A stretch of DNA of 62,549 nucleotides, the filler included, from Squatina squatina (Eukaryota): the NCBI GenBank assembly GCA_031763465.1. It is 3 parts of 3 records of this genome, joined end to end, with 100 filler letters (N's around TTAATTAATTAA, not from the genome) between each part and the next. Parts side by side here need not be neighbours in the genome. Positions count along the whole stretch, not along the records: positions 1 to 17,201 come from JARFOE010000162.1; positions 17,302 to 45,198 come from JARFOE010000176.1; 1 more part is not named here. One strand, written 5' to 3'. How positions within the stretch are numbered: the stretch's first letter is position 1; the number at the start of each line of letters is the position of its first letter. Shown piece by piece: positions 13,563 through 25,263 of the stretch. The notes under the pieces are model-generated. The model was not told the origin of the DNA, searched no databases, and saw nothing but the letters and a program-made list of their open reading frames with translations. A program made the position numbers and the translations under genes.

Positions 13563-16500
13563 TTAGAATGGCGGAGCAGGCTTGAGGNNNNNNNNNNNNN
13601 NNNNNNNNNNNNNNNNNNNNNNNNNNNNNNNNNNNNNNNNNNNNNNNNNNNNNNNNNNNNNNNNNNNNNNNNNNNNNNNNNNNNNNNTCTTTCCCGATGA
13701 GGTGCCTGCCAATTCCATTTGGCTTACAAGTTAACAAAATAACATTCCGCTGGAGAAATAATTGGTTGCTGACTCTCTTTTGCCCACTTGAGATTAAGTA
13801 TCAGGAACCTACTGATGCAAATACTAAACTCGTGATATCAACTATGTACAATTACCAGTAAATACAGAAAGAGTTCAAACAATAGTTACTGTAACATATT
13901 ACTCATCAAAACCACAAGCAATAATATTTAACAAGCCCTCATAGGCAGGCAACTGCTAATGACGCTATTGCATGTTTTCCCAAGGAGTATCTGTGGAAAA
14001 AAACCAGAGGTTTTGGCACAGTACTAAAATGCTTGATCAGACTAGTCTGGATTTTGTATCTCAAAATAATGCAACCAAGATACAATTCATCAAGCATGTA
14101 CTTAAACCTTATACAGTGAATATATTTCAAACTAGAAAAAATACACTTTCTGAAAGCAAAATGCACATTCATGAAATTACTGTCAGATTTTCATTTCCAG
14201 GAGATACTACTAAGACTATACTCCCACTTATGTAACACATATTTGCATAAATCTCTTAACTGCTAGTGGACAAAGGACTGATTTTTTCCCCATTATTTAC
14301 TATGTAAATGTACACGGTCCAACTGAATATGCTTGTATGCATAAACTGCTCATTTGTATTAATGTTGCTGTTCAGATTGTCTGCAGCTTGTAGTACAGTT
14401 TATTTTCTGTTCCAATGGTGGTGTAAGAGGTGCACGCAATACAGTTATTGCCTCCTTCCCCGGAGTCTTGCTGTGCTTCCCCCGCAGCCCGATTGATCCT
14501 GCTACCAAAGGTACAGGGAACCGTCAACTGCTCGGNNNNNNNNNNNNNNNNNNNNNNNNNNNNNNNNNNNNNNNNNNNNNNNNNNNNNNNNNNNNNNNNN
14601 NNNNNNNNNNNNNNNNNNNNNNNNNNNNNNNNNNNTATTTATTGTATTTCTCAGCCAAATAAAAGGGAGCAAAAATACAATAAAAAGAATGCAAAAATAA
14701 ATGGTTTCATGGAAGCTAAATTCTAACCAAACTTTGTTATATTTAATGGAATGTTTACAGAAAATGATTTGCAGTTTATAAATAAGGCAATTATTTTGAA
14801 AGCAAAAAAGCTCTCTCAATATTTAAAGAGTTAACAAGAAATATTTCCATATTTTGCTCTCAGTTCAACATCACATCTGTGGTTTATCACCATTAGTTTG
14901 TTCTCACATATTCCAAGGCATAACACTCTGGAGCAGGAGCCCTAGCACATCACACTATCACCCACCCGACACAGAAAGAGACTTCACAGTTTGCTTGTCT
15001 ATATGCACATGTATCAATAATCAACCACATCAAAATATGCTCGAAAAGACATTTTAGAAGTCTTAAATCACTTCCACATTCAAAATAATTGGTCCCTTCC
15101 ATATGTGGGCATACACCACGGCTACTTCCAATCATCCTGTCAGCAAGTCCAATACTACCATCACGCCAACCTATAGGACCTGCTCTAGCCCAAGCCAGCA
15201 CCAACATCAAATTGAGCTCAATTCAACTCAAATTTAATTGCTGAGTTAGGGTTAACTTGTGTTATCAATTTACAGGATTCTTTTTTCTTCATGATTAAAT
15301 CTATAACTTATTCAAATTGCACCAGTGTCACATGTGAGTTTTTTGTCCCATTGTCACTGGAAGATTTTTTTTCTCATGAGATATAACTCCCCATTGGGTA
15401 TATTATGTACCTAAATAACAGTCGGCAACAACACTTAACTGAGAATGTGTTGGAAAATGTTGATGCATAACAAGCTGTCAAAGAAAATTCAATACGCAAT
15501 GAGCAAAGTATTTACAGCCTGTGAACCTTTTTCTGTTATGCATATAAGACGTACATAAAGTAGGAAAAGTGATCAGCAAATAAAATCTGTTCCAATATCT
15601 GGCACGTTATTGTTTCANNNNNNNNNNNNNNNNNNNNNNNNNNNNNNNNNNNNNNNNNNNNNNNNNNNNNNNNNNNNNNNNNNNNNNNNNNNNNNNNNNN
15701 NNNNNNNNNNNNNNNNNATGGAACTTGGCCAATAACTTGGCAAAAAAATGTGCAGTGTGGTTCTCAAACCCAAAAGCAGTAAAATTCCATGATCTGTGTT
15801 TATTTCCTTTCTGCCATCAGTAGCAGTGTCTCTATTGAAATCCACTCATTCATACTGAAAACTATTCCTAGGCCTGGAGCCAGCTTCCAACCGACGTCAC
15901 ACTGCACACCAGGAACACAATGTGCTGGCAGAAAAACAAAAAATTACTCTGGTAAAGAACAAGCAAAAGCGCGTCCAGAAAATGTACACTGAGTAGCTAA
16001 ATAGTCTTAAATCATTTCACCTGGCTTTTGTCATGACATCTTCTTCCTCCCAGGACTGTCAATCGCACATTTCATGGAGACATAGGGCAGATAAATTTAG
16101 CTCCATGATATGGTCGTTTAATTAGAGCCAGTTAAACTGAAAGAATAACCATGACAATGCTGAGTCAGTGAGCAAGGAAAATCCACAATTGCTCCAGATC
16201 ACTGACAGAAACAGAGAGGAGGTACTCCCAGACAGACCGGGAGTGTCTGGCTGTGATTGCAGGTCTGGCCAGGTTCAACTTCTATCTGGCTGGAAGGGAG
16301 TTCACGATTAGGACAGACCACAAGNNNNNNNNNNNNNNNNNNNNNNNNNNNNNNNNNNNNNNNNNNNNNNNNNNNNNNNNNNNNNNNNNNNNNNNNNNNN
16401 NNNNNNNNNNNNNNNNNNNNNNNNCGTAGCAGAGTTGGACTCCAAGCAAAATGACAGAAAGGAGTTGGGAGCAACAAGGAGTGCCTCTGTAACCAGGTGT

Positions 16501-17128
16501 GGGGTAGAGCGGAGGAGGAAGAAATGCCTCGGTGAGCTGAAACAAGGCTAACAAGTGAGGATGTGGAGAGACACACTACTGTATCAAGAACTGCAAAGAA
16601 GGGACATTCTTTCATGAACGACACTGACTTTTCATTAGTTCTGAATGAACTATGATAGCAATTAAACAACTACTTAATTTGTTGGTTTCAATATCATGCT
16701 TGTAAAGCATCAGTACTGCAAGGCTTTGGTACTTAACATTTATAATGCATTATTGCTAATATTGCACAGTTTCATCTTGCTTGTATTTCGAAACTCCCGA
16801 ACATGTTTAGTCAGTAGATTTCCAGTGAAACTAATTGAGTACCTCTGCCGACTGTAATTGATATGCCATTCACATGGATGAGAATTTTAATTACATTTTT
16901 GGGGGGAAAGAGAAAGTTGTTGACTCTCTCTCCTAGACATGATTCATGCTGTCAGCCCTTTCTGTTTACATTACTGTTTTAATTAAGTAATTGCCTTGGG
17001 CAGTATTTTGCCAGCTTTCCTCTGACTGTTTCCTTAATACAGTAGTACAAACTGGTTGTACTGCTGGGATGCAATCACTCTGTAATGTTCCTGCCTCATT
17101 TACGATATTTCCCATTTTGCAATTCCAG

Positions 17129-17201
17129 GATATCCGACATCAAGCCAGTGACTTCCCTTGTAAAGTAGCCAAGCTTCCAGAAAATAGAAATCGGAACAGA
17201 T
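17129..17201 (+). CDS. PTPN1: Tyrosine-protein phosphatase non-receptor type 1, exon 2 (3' end lost in gap)
   Basis: Acceptor ttttgcaattccag, then [24 protein letters not shown] vs human PTP1B [24 protein letters not shown]; closer to PTPN1 than to PTPN2. Confidence 0.85.
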
Positions 17202-17301
17202 NNNNNNNNNNNNNNNNNNNNNNNNNNNNNNNNNNNNNNNNNNNNTTAATTAATTAANNNNNNNNNNNNNNNNNNNNNNNNNNNNNNNNNNNNNNNNNNN
17301 N
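17202..17301. other. Artificial scaffold linker
   Basis: 44 N + TTAATTAATTAA (17246-17257; stops in all six frames) + 44 N = 100 nt. Confidence 0.95.
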
Positions 17302-17397
17302 CTCTCCTCTTGGTATATCCCAGGGTATGCAGGGTTCGTGGCCGTTTGCACATGGAATGTTTGCTTCCGCACTTTGACCGTTTTCCCTTGGTTTCAG

Positions 17398-17543
17398 TTA
17401 CACTCACTGTGAGACAGTCTGGGACTTCTTTCCAAGGATTTTTTATACAAGCACGAAATGCTGCTGACCTGAATGGTGGGCCCGCTGGGACCTTTACTCT
17501 TATTGATAAAAACTCCCAGCTCCTGACATGTGGAGATGTAGAA
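17398..17543 (+). CDS. FRRS1: Ferric-chelate reductase 1, reeler-domain exon
   Basis: ag|...|gtgagt; VTLTVRQSGTSFQGFFIQARNAADLNGGPAGTFTLIDKNSQLLTCGDVE vs human FKGFLLEARNAEDLNGPPIGSFTLIDSEVSQLLTCEDIQ. Confidence 0.9.
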
Positions 17544-17970
17544 GTGAGTACCTGCTTGTGAATTCCAAATATGTTACAGAAATTCTTCAAACATCAGTTT
17601 AGTATTTTGTGCTGCTGGTCAGATAAACTGCAAATATTTTTTAAAATTCATGAAAAAGGTACTGGGATTTGTCAGGGTGGTGGTGGGGGGGAGGGGGAGC
17701 AAGTGACTGGAAGTGATGGTGGGAATTTAGCTTTTTCTAGCTGCATAAGGCCCAAAGACCTTCCTGATCAATGTCTATTCTGTGACCTTGTAAGTCTTTT
17801 ATTTTTTTCCATGTAGTCAATCACACATTGTAATTTTATAGACTGTATGAACATTAAAGAGCCAGTCTACACAGCCAAGTAAAAGAACGAAAGTGTTTCG
17901 ATGTACTGAACATATTTATTGTATGGCACCAACTTGTGTTGAACATTGTGCTCTTGTCTCTCTTCTGTAG

Positions 17971-18053
17971 GACTCCACAGTCAGCCACACAAGTCCATCG
18001 GGAAAACACACAATCAAGGTGCTGTGGAACCCACCCGTAACAGCACCAGACCA
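17971..18053 (+). CDS. FRRS1: FRRS1 next reeler exon (truncated by gap)
   Basis: ctctcttctgtag| DSTVSHTSPSGKHTIKVLWNPPVTAPD vs human GSAVSHRSASKKTEIKVYWNAPSSAPN; phase 0 fits the previous exon. Confidence 0.85.
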
Positions 18054-19152
18054 NNNNNNNNNNNNNNNNNNNNNNNNNNNNNNNNNNNNNNNNNNNNNNN
18101 NNNNNNNNNNNNNNNNNNNNNNNNNNNNNNNNNNNNNNNNNNNNNNNNNNNNNATCCATTTGAAAAGAGGTCCTTCAACCAAAATAGGTTGAGAACCATT
18201 GAAACACTCCTGAGTGGTATGCAGTGACCCCTACTGGAATGTTTGTGTGTGTGCGAGACTGAGTTGGACCTCGGTGGGCCCATGCTGAAATAACCTGTTG
18301 ATAGGCACTGTCCAGGCTTAGCCATGCGGAATGATGATTTGACTGAGGTACAGGGAGTCAGCACCGCCCTGGAGCTGTGCCCAGTATGAGTTAAGGGGAA
18401 ACAGAACAATGGGCTGCAGGGTAAAGTTTTGCACATTGAACATTTTTAGATGCAGTTTGTGAAGTTTCTGATGTAAACATAAATCTGATCCAAATGTGAA
18501 ACGGGGCAGACAAGTCCTGGGACTTCTCATGCTTCACCAAAGAGCAGTAATAGATTCAAATAAAAACAGAAAATGCTGGAAACACTTAGCAGGTCAGGCA
18601 GCATCTATGGTAATAAACTCAGATTTATCTAGTGGAATGTAACTGAAGACAGGCAGCTTGATGAAAGTACTCAACCTTTGATCTCATTCAATCTGTCTGC
18701 TTGTCCTCACTTATAATATTTTCTACTCGTGTATATATATACACATTCTCATCCTATTATTGTATGACACAGTCCAGTATTTTTTTCTGAATTTAAAATA
18801 AACATTCCTGCCAGTCCGTCTAACTCTTCATTCTCAAAATCCTAACTATCTGGTAAGAATACTTCAAGTTAGAAAACTTACTTAGAACATACAGTATAAA
18901 AGCACTTTATATTCCTGAAGAAATCAGTGGTTTGAACTTTACTGCCATCCAATTGTAAAGATAACATGTCCTCATGTAATAATTCAATGATGGGGAGCTT
19001 TTTTACATTTGCTAATATGCCTGTACATTGTCATTTGAAATTCCCATCCAAGTGATCAGGTTACTCGAATTAAATTTGGAAGGTAGTACTGTGGAAACGA
19101 ATAAGGTTTGTAGGATGCATTGTCAGTTCATTAACCTCTATACTCTCCTCAG

Positions 19153-19250
19153 TATGCTGGTGCCCATCCATACTTTGGCTGTATTATTCTTACACTGGTA
19201 ATTCTTCAACCGATTATGGCCATCTTCAGACCCGATCCACAAGCACCCAG
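19153..19250 (+). CDS. FRRS1: FRRS1 cytochrome b561-domain exon
   Basis: ag|YAGAHPYFGCIILTLVILQPIMAIFRPDPQAPR|gtaag vs human HAGYHPYLGCIVMTLAVLQPLLAVFRPPLHDPR. Confidence 0.9.
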
Positions 19251-19452
19251 GTAAGTCTAAAATATTAATTTTAAGGACACATTTTCCTGCTGTTTTCTGT
19301 GACAGTCTTTGGTGATTAGAAAGCAACCCAAAGCAATGCCAAAATATCTTAAAAGATATGCCAAAGACAAAGGAAAAGTACGCCCTTAAAAATAAGTGCG
19401 AGCCTCAGCCTAACTTTTATAACCTGTTTGTTTTATTATTTATCTTCTCCAG

Positions 19453-19511
19453 ACGGTATATTTTTAACTGGGTGCATTGGGGTACAGGCACTTCTGCTAG
19501 AATAATAGCAG
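19453..19511 (+). CDS. FRRS1: FRRS1 cytochrome b561-domain exon
   Basis: ag|RYIFNWVHWGTGTSARIIA|gtaag vs human RQMFNWTHWSMGTAARIIA; phase compatible with the previous exon. Confidence 0.9.
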
Positions 19512-19696
19512 GTAAGTTTAAAACAAATGTTTTTCATTGAATTGTTAAAGGAAAAAATGTTTGTAAACTGTAATATAAGTTTTAGGTGCATTGTCTNNNN
19601 NNNNNNNNNNNNNNNNNNNNNNNNNNNNNNNNNNNNNNNNNNNNNNNNNNNNNNNNNNNNNNNNNNNNNNNNNNNNNNNNNNNNNNNNNNNNNNNN

Positions 19697-21822
19697 AGTG
19701 GGAAAGGATATTGCTGCTCGAAGAACTTCCTTCTCTCCTCAATCTCTGGAATCATACTTTCATCACACGTTCCCTTTATCTTTCCTTGCTGCACAAGGTC
19801 CTCCTCCCGTTGGCGCTCAAGTACAATCTCACGCTGCATCTGCATCTCAGCAAATTGATTATTTTTAACTTTTGGCGAAGAGGAAGGAACAGGCTGCAAA
19901 ATAAGTGGCCGAGTTTTGATCTCTACATATTCTTCAGAGCAAGCAAATTTTATAATGCCTCTGGCCTTTCTTAGACTTTCCTCCCGTTTCACACCTAGAC
20001 GGATCTCTCTTTCTATAGGAGTTTCTGTTTTTTCATACGTCACAGGCATAGAGCTTGAAGTTTCATTTTGAAATACGGTGTCAGTTAAATTATCACCTTC
20101 AGATCTACAAGTTGAGTCATCTAGACCAGAATCACTGCCTTCCGAGCAAAGACTATGATCTGTTACATTCAGGAACAAATTCTGGTCTAAATCCCCCATT
20201 CTGCCATTATCCTCTTGTGACGCTTGTATACCCTGCTTTTTAGTTAGATTTGCTGAACTTCTCCAGTATTCCACTTCATCAATTTTGATTCCTGCTGCTG
20301 TGCTGTTTTGCACTGTATCTTCGGAGAATGTTAAAGATGCAGAATGTGGATAGCTTGCCTCCCTTTTTACCAGTTTAGTAACGGAGGGGTCATCTTTTTT
20401 CTCTTTAATAATACATTTTGCCACTGCTTTATTTTTCTCCTGCTTGACTGGTGGCCTATGACTGTGGGTTCTGTTGATCTCTTCCAGCATCAACCACTGT
20501 TTGCGGGCAGCGGCAAAATCCACGTGGTCTGTGTCCACATGTTCACTCCCTGATGCTTCAGTCTTGTTTTCTTCTCCTTGGATTGGTTTAGCAGACTGAG
20601 GCTTAGTATTCCTGGACTTACTTTTCACTTCATCTTTCTGGTTAGGGTTATCTTTTAGTGATCTCTGCTGCAGTTCCATTATTTCTAACACAAGTTTCTG
20701 ACTTAGAGAAGCCAAACTTTCAGCTGCCCCATTTTCCTGAACTAAGTCACGATCACGATGATTTGTGTTTGAACGTTTCTTGATGAGTTTGAATTCATCT
20801 GTGGGAGCAGATTCTAATTCATCTGCATTTTGCATTGGAACAGTGATAGACAAAGATCCGTTCTGAATGGTAGATGGAATGGTTTCTGACACTTTTTGAT
20901 ACATCATACTTTTGTTTGATGTTTGATTACCGTTTCTGGCTAAGTAAGGTTTTGGTTCTCCATTCAGACTAATGGCCGACAGACTGGTCAAGCCTTTATC
21001 ATCCTGTGAGTTGGCTGGAAGCGTTGAACTATCTATGATCAATTTACTTAAATCGATCATTGAGAAATTTTCAACATTTTCTTCATTTTGACCAAATTTT
21101 GAAGAGGTTTTTAGTATTCCTTCTTTTAGCTTGATTACTGATGTATTTGGCGTTGAATTTTTTCTTGACCTAGTGAGTGCAGGAGCAGCCGTTTCTTTTC
21201 CAACTTCATTTGTAGCTTGTAAGGTCGCCACCATTTCTTCCTGGTTGACCTCGGCTACAACTGCTCCAGTTCCAAACACTGAAAGAGGTTTGCTGGCAAT
21301 GTCCTGGCCTGCTACCTCTAAGTTAGCAGCTGCCTCGCCAAGTACTGTACCTGAAGAATCTTTGAAGTGCTCTTTGTGAATAATGGCATAAATCGCTTCT
21401 GGCATTTCATAGGATGAAGGCACGGCTTCATACTCCAAAGGTACTTGCACTGCGTGATCTAAATCTTCCGTTTTGAAAACCTTACCTTGAAGTTCCTGTT
21501 TTATGTCATCTGTATTGTCATTATGATTTCCATCAGTGGTTCCTTTTACATTTTCTGCTGTTAATCTGCAAGTATTCAAGATTTGCTTTAGGTCCTTTAA
21601 CCCAGGGTATTTTCGTTCAGCCGTCACATTAACCTTCCTTTGGTGAATAGTGACATCTTCTGTTTCCATTGTAATAGCTTTGGGCACATATACACTTTCA
21701 GATCTTGAAATGTCCTCACTGGTTTCCATAGTTACAGTTGGTGAACAAGTATCTCCCACGTCAACAACATTTTCTTTCAGTTCCTCTCCATTTTTTGGCA
21801 CCTTGGCCAGAAAGCCACTTTG
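19697..21822 (-). CDS. Giant exon (>700 codons, 3' end in gap) of a MISP/AKAP2-family protein
   Basis: Acceptor tttgtctttgcag ending at 21823; stop-free frame; motifs VDFAAARKQWLMLEE, DSGLDD, ETPIEREIRLGVKREESLRKARG, VEIKTRPL, MQREIVLERQREED shared with MISP/AKAP2; first in-exon ATG at 21729. Confidence 0.85.
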
Positions 21823-21929
21823 CTGCAAAGACAAATATACACATAAATTACTAAAATGTTTGCAAGTTAGTTTGATCATACTTTCAAGAATCAACACGAT
21901 ACATTCATTGCACAAACTGTATAGAAATT

Positions 21930-22165
21930 TCCACCTTTCGGATCAGATATTAAACCGAGGCCCCGTCTACCCTCTCAAGTGGGCGTAAAAGGTCCCAGGG
22001 CCACTATTTCGAAAATGAGCAGGGGGGAGTTCTCCCTGGTGTCCTGGCCAATAGTTATCCCTCACACAACAAAACAAAAACAGATTGTCTGATCATTATC
22101 ACATTGCTGTTTGTGGGAGCTTGCTGTGCGCAAATTGGCTGCCGCGTTTCCCACATTACAACAGT
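21930..22165 (+). mobile_element. Deu-domain SINE (SacSINE1/AmnSINE1-like)
   Basis: TTTCGGATCAGATATTAAACCGAGGCCCCGTCTACCCTCTCAAGTGG..GTAAAAGGTCCC..CACTATTT matches the recalled DeuSINE core. Confidence 0.75.
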
Positions 22166-22392
22166 NNNNNNNNNNNNNNNNNNNNNNNNNNNNNNNNNNN
22201 NNNNNNNNNNNNNNNNNNNNNNNNNNNNNNNNNNNNNNNNNNNNNNNNNNNNNNNNNNNNNNNNNCCAAACAGTTATGCGTAGAGGATACTTGGCACACA
22301 TTCTGCACAAGTCAGATATATTATTAATCCCTTAGTAACAGCAAGAAAAAGTCAGGGTTAAGCTTCAGCCTCAAGGATAACTGATTAAATAG

Positions 22393-23016
22393 TCACATAA
22401 TAGAACAGCAAATGCATTTTTGTTTGTCATTTGTACCTGACACAGAGGGGTCATCAAAGTTTCCAACTCCATCCATATGTCCATCAGAGTAATTTTTGTA
22501 GGGAGAATGATTTATAGTTGTATCTTGACCTGAAATTAAAACAGATTTCTTTGGGAGAGAGCTATCTCCTGCAGTTAGATTTATTGTGGCATATGATGTT
22601 TTATGTATCTCATCCCTAGTTGAAAGAGGGACTGGATGAAATACTGGGGTAGTGTGGCTATTTGCTTGATGTGGTGACACCTCATCATCGTCGTCATCGC
22701 TGATCATAACCAGTTCTGCTCGGATAGCTCCTTCGTACCCCAAAACTTTTTTGGTTTCATTTTCGTCATCGACACTGTGGTATCCCATGAAGACCATAGT
22801 AACTGTTTCCTCAGTGTTAGTCGTAGAAGGCAAGGAACGGACAACGTTAAACTTAACGTCTGTTTCTTCAGAAGCAGAGGAACATCTGCCATCGTGCTCA
22901 AGCTCCGAATTGATAAACACAGCCTCGCGGTGGCTGTCCCTTTGTTGGTGGCACGGAATCTGTACTGAATTCAGCTTATTTTCAGTTAATGGTGACTCAT
23001 TACTTTGTTGACTCTG
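22393..23016 (-). CDS. PALMD: Palmdelphin large exon, 3' part, read through to a CaaX-ending stop
   Basis: DVKFNVVRSLP..ETVTMVFMGY..GYEGAIRAELVMISDD..DDPSVS matches human PALMD DVRYNIVHSLP..PVTMIFMGY..GYDGIIHAELVVIDD..EDPSLT; internal GT donor after 22437; read-through ends KQKCICCSIM*; 5' boundary approximate. Confidence 0.88.
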   Translation of the reverse strand, partial: QSQQSNESPLTENKLNSVQIPCHQQRDSHREAVFINSELEHDGRCSSASEETDVKFNVVRSLPSTTNTEETVTMVFMGYHSVDDENETKKVLGYEGAIRAELVMISDDDDDEVSPHQANSHTTPVFHPVPLSTRDEIHKTSYATINLTAGDSSLPKKSVLISGQDTTINHSPYKNYSDGHMDGVGNFDDPSVSGTNDKQKCICCSIM

Positions 23017-24769
23017 GCTTTGTGTGGAGCTCGGAGCCCATGATTTCCAGGATGGAAATGATGGCCAAGTCCATGAGAGACCTTGTGGACCCAGCTGTGG
23101 TGCTTCGAGTGATGGGTGATGTTGCAGCTTCCATTGCAGCGCAGGCAGAAGTGACCCAAAGTCTGAGTTGTTGCAGTGGAAGCGCAGACTGCTGGCCGCC
23201 GTGGCTGGGCTAACGAGTGTGGGAGGGGGCTTGCAGGGTCTCACAGCGCTCCAGCAATCTGTCCCACAACAGGAATGCCGAGGCGCCACCCCGGGGGAGC
23301 GGCAGTGGGTCAGTGGAGCACGACCCTGCTGTCCTCTCTCAGGGTGACTGCGTTCGTCCTCCCACCCCTGCCACCCCACCAGCGCCCTTGCTGTTGGCCT
23401 GTGAGCCAGCCAGCCCAGACTGCTGCCGCCCATGCCGAGATGGTGCAGTCTACAGCCGGGTCTTCTGGGCCCAGAGCTGCTCGAGGTTGTGCTCCAAGGC
23501 CATCTGCAGTCTCCCCCACTGTCAATGAACAGCTTCCACCAGCCCTGCTGCAGACACTGGGGTAACAATTTGTAGGAGCACTAGAGTGGGAAAAGGAACA
23601 CAAAAGTGATGGTGAGTGACAGAGGGAAGGTGAAATGTGGGACTGTTGGTGAAAGGGGAATTGGGGCCGAGGTTATGGGCTGTCTGAGCTGTAGCCTCCC
23701 CTCCTCTTACTCTTCTCGGCCTTCCTCCTTCTCCTTGTGTTCCTGCTCCTCGACTTCTCACCTGAAAGGTGGTGGCATGGGCTGTTCCCTCATGAAAGCA
23801 AGATTGTGCAGCAGGCCACCACAAATCTTGATACCTTTCCAACTGAGAACTGCAGGGCTCCTCTACAGCGTGCCAATGGTCTGCTCCATCACATTTCTGG
23901 TGGCAGCAAGGCTCTCATTGTGTGCACGCTGCACCCCCGTGTACGTGGGTTGCGCACCGGAGTCATGAGCCATGCCGTCAGCTGATAGCCCTTGTCACCC
24001 AGTAGCCACCCTTTGGTTTGCCGTGATGGCTGAAATACAGCTGGCACAGTGGACTGTCGCACACTAAAGGCATCATGACTGAATCATAGAATCATAGAAT
24101 GGTTACAGCACAGAAGGAGGCCATTCGGGCCATCAAGCCCATGCCGGCTCTCTGCAAGAGCACTTCAGCTAGTCCCAATCCCCGGGCCCTTCCCCGTAAC
24201 CCTGCAAATTTTTTTCATAGAAACATAGACTGCTGCCAGCACACTGTGCATTGGCCTGCTTGAATCACTGCTTCTGGTCACATGCCAGCTGGATCTTGAG
24301 GGAGTGGATTCCCTTTCGATTGTATGGCAGTGTTACAGGGCCCACAAACTGATGTGCATGCAGTCAAGGGCAGCCTGCACCATGGGCAATCGTGCAATTC
24401 TAGCAACACCATGTGCTTGCTCCACCAGCTGGTCTCTGATAAGAGAAAATGAAATGTATTTCGTTCTCTTGGAATGGAGAGCCTCAGTGACGTCCATTGC
24501 TCAACAGTGGGCAGCAAACTGCGAGATGTTGCAAATATTCCAGCCTGGAAGGAGCCAGATGCATAAAAGTTGATCACCACGGTCACCTTCACAGTCACTG
24601 ACAATGTGATCTCGCCCTGCTCTGAGGTTACAGTTATGATGGCAGCAGGTGGCAGATTGAGTGAGGAGGTCCTTAGTGAAGCGCAGACGTCTCACACATT
24701 GTTCCTCACTGAGGTTCAGGTAGGAGAATTGCTCACTGACTACCCTGGGCAGATGGCTTCCAGCTGAGA
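23017..24769 (-). mobile_element. Degenerate autonomous-type Harbinger transposon (transposase on -, probable Myb/SANT partner remnant on +)
   Basis: RRLRFTK, VKVTVVINFYASGSFQ, ARLPMVQAALDCMHI, YNRKGIHSLKIQLACD, HDAFSVRQS, GWLLGDKGYQLTAWLMTPVRNP; several frameshifts. Confidence 0.85.
24082..24227 (-). mobile_element. CR1-type 3' tail nested in the Harbinger transposase
   Basis: (ATCATAGA)n tail; GACTG duplicated at 24077-24081 and 24228-24232; splits the GSS-HD transposase motif. Confidence 0.75.
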
Positions 24770-24869
24770 NNNNNNNNNNNNNNNNNNNNNNNNNNNNNNN
24801 NNNNNNNNNNNNNNNNNNNNNNNNNNNNNNNNNNNNNNNNNNNNNNNNNNNNNNNNNNNNNNNNNNNNN

Positions 24870-25263
24870 ATTACGGGGTTATGCCTCACAATTCCTTCAC
24901 TTTTAGTCATATTTTCTTGAATCATTGGTTTAGAACCTGTCTGCTCAGTGAGTAACATTTTAGGAGAGTGGGGGTTATTATAGGAAATTGAATAAACAGG
25001 TGCATGACATGCTGCAGAAACATTGGCTTGATTTTCACCAGCCTGCTGCAACAATGCCTCCACCTCTTCATGAGTCATGTCATCTACGCCATTCTGCACC
25101 AGCCCTCCATCATTGCGCAAAGCATACACTGATTTGACCCCATCTTCATAGACTTTAACACCTTTGTTTTTTATTTCATCAACCGTCACTGGCACAGTTG
25201 AGAGAACGGTGCTTTCTCCAGTCTTCATGTCCTTTTGAACATTGATTTCCACAGCAAACAAAG
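24870..25263 (-). CDS. PALMD: Palmdelphin large exon, 5' part (runs into gap)
   Basis: ttaacag| LFAVEINVQKDMKTGESTVLSTVP..GVKVYEDGVKSVYAL..EEVEALLQQA vs human LYAMEIKVEKDLKTGESTVLSSIP..GIKVYDDGQKSVYAV. Confidence 0.92.

Noticed and set aside
1-17128. AGL exons expected next to FRRS1, or PTPN1 exon 1
   Set aside because: No matching peptides found by eye; this block is separated from FRRS1 by a linker
17246-17257. TTAATTAATTAA as a biological palindrome
   Set aside because: Centred in exactly 100 nt with 44 N each side and repeated identically at 45243; assembly linker
17129-17543. PTPN1-FRRS1 fusion gene
   Set aside because: The exons lie on opposite sides of an artificial linker
21823-21915. 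N-terminus MCNECIVL.. of the 777-aa ORF
   Set aside because: Upstream of a clear splice acceptor; intronic read-through
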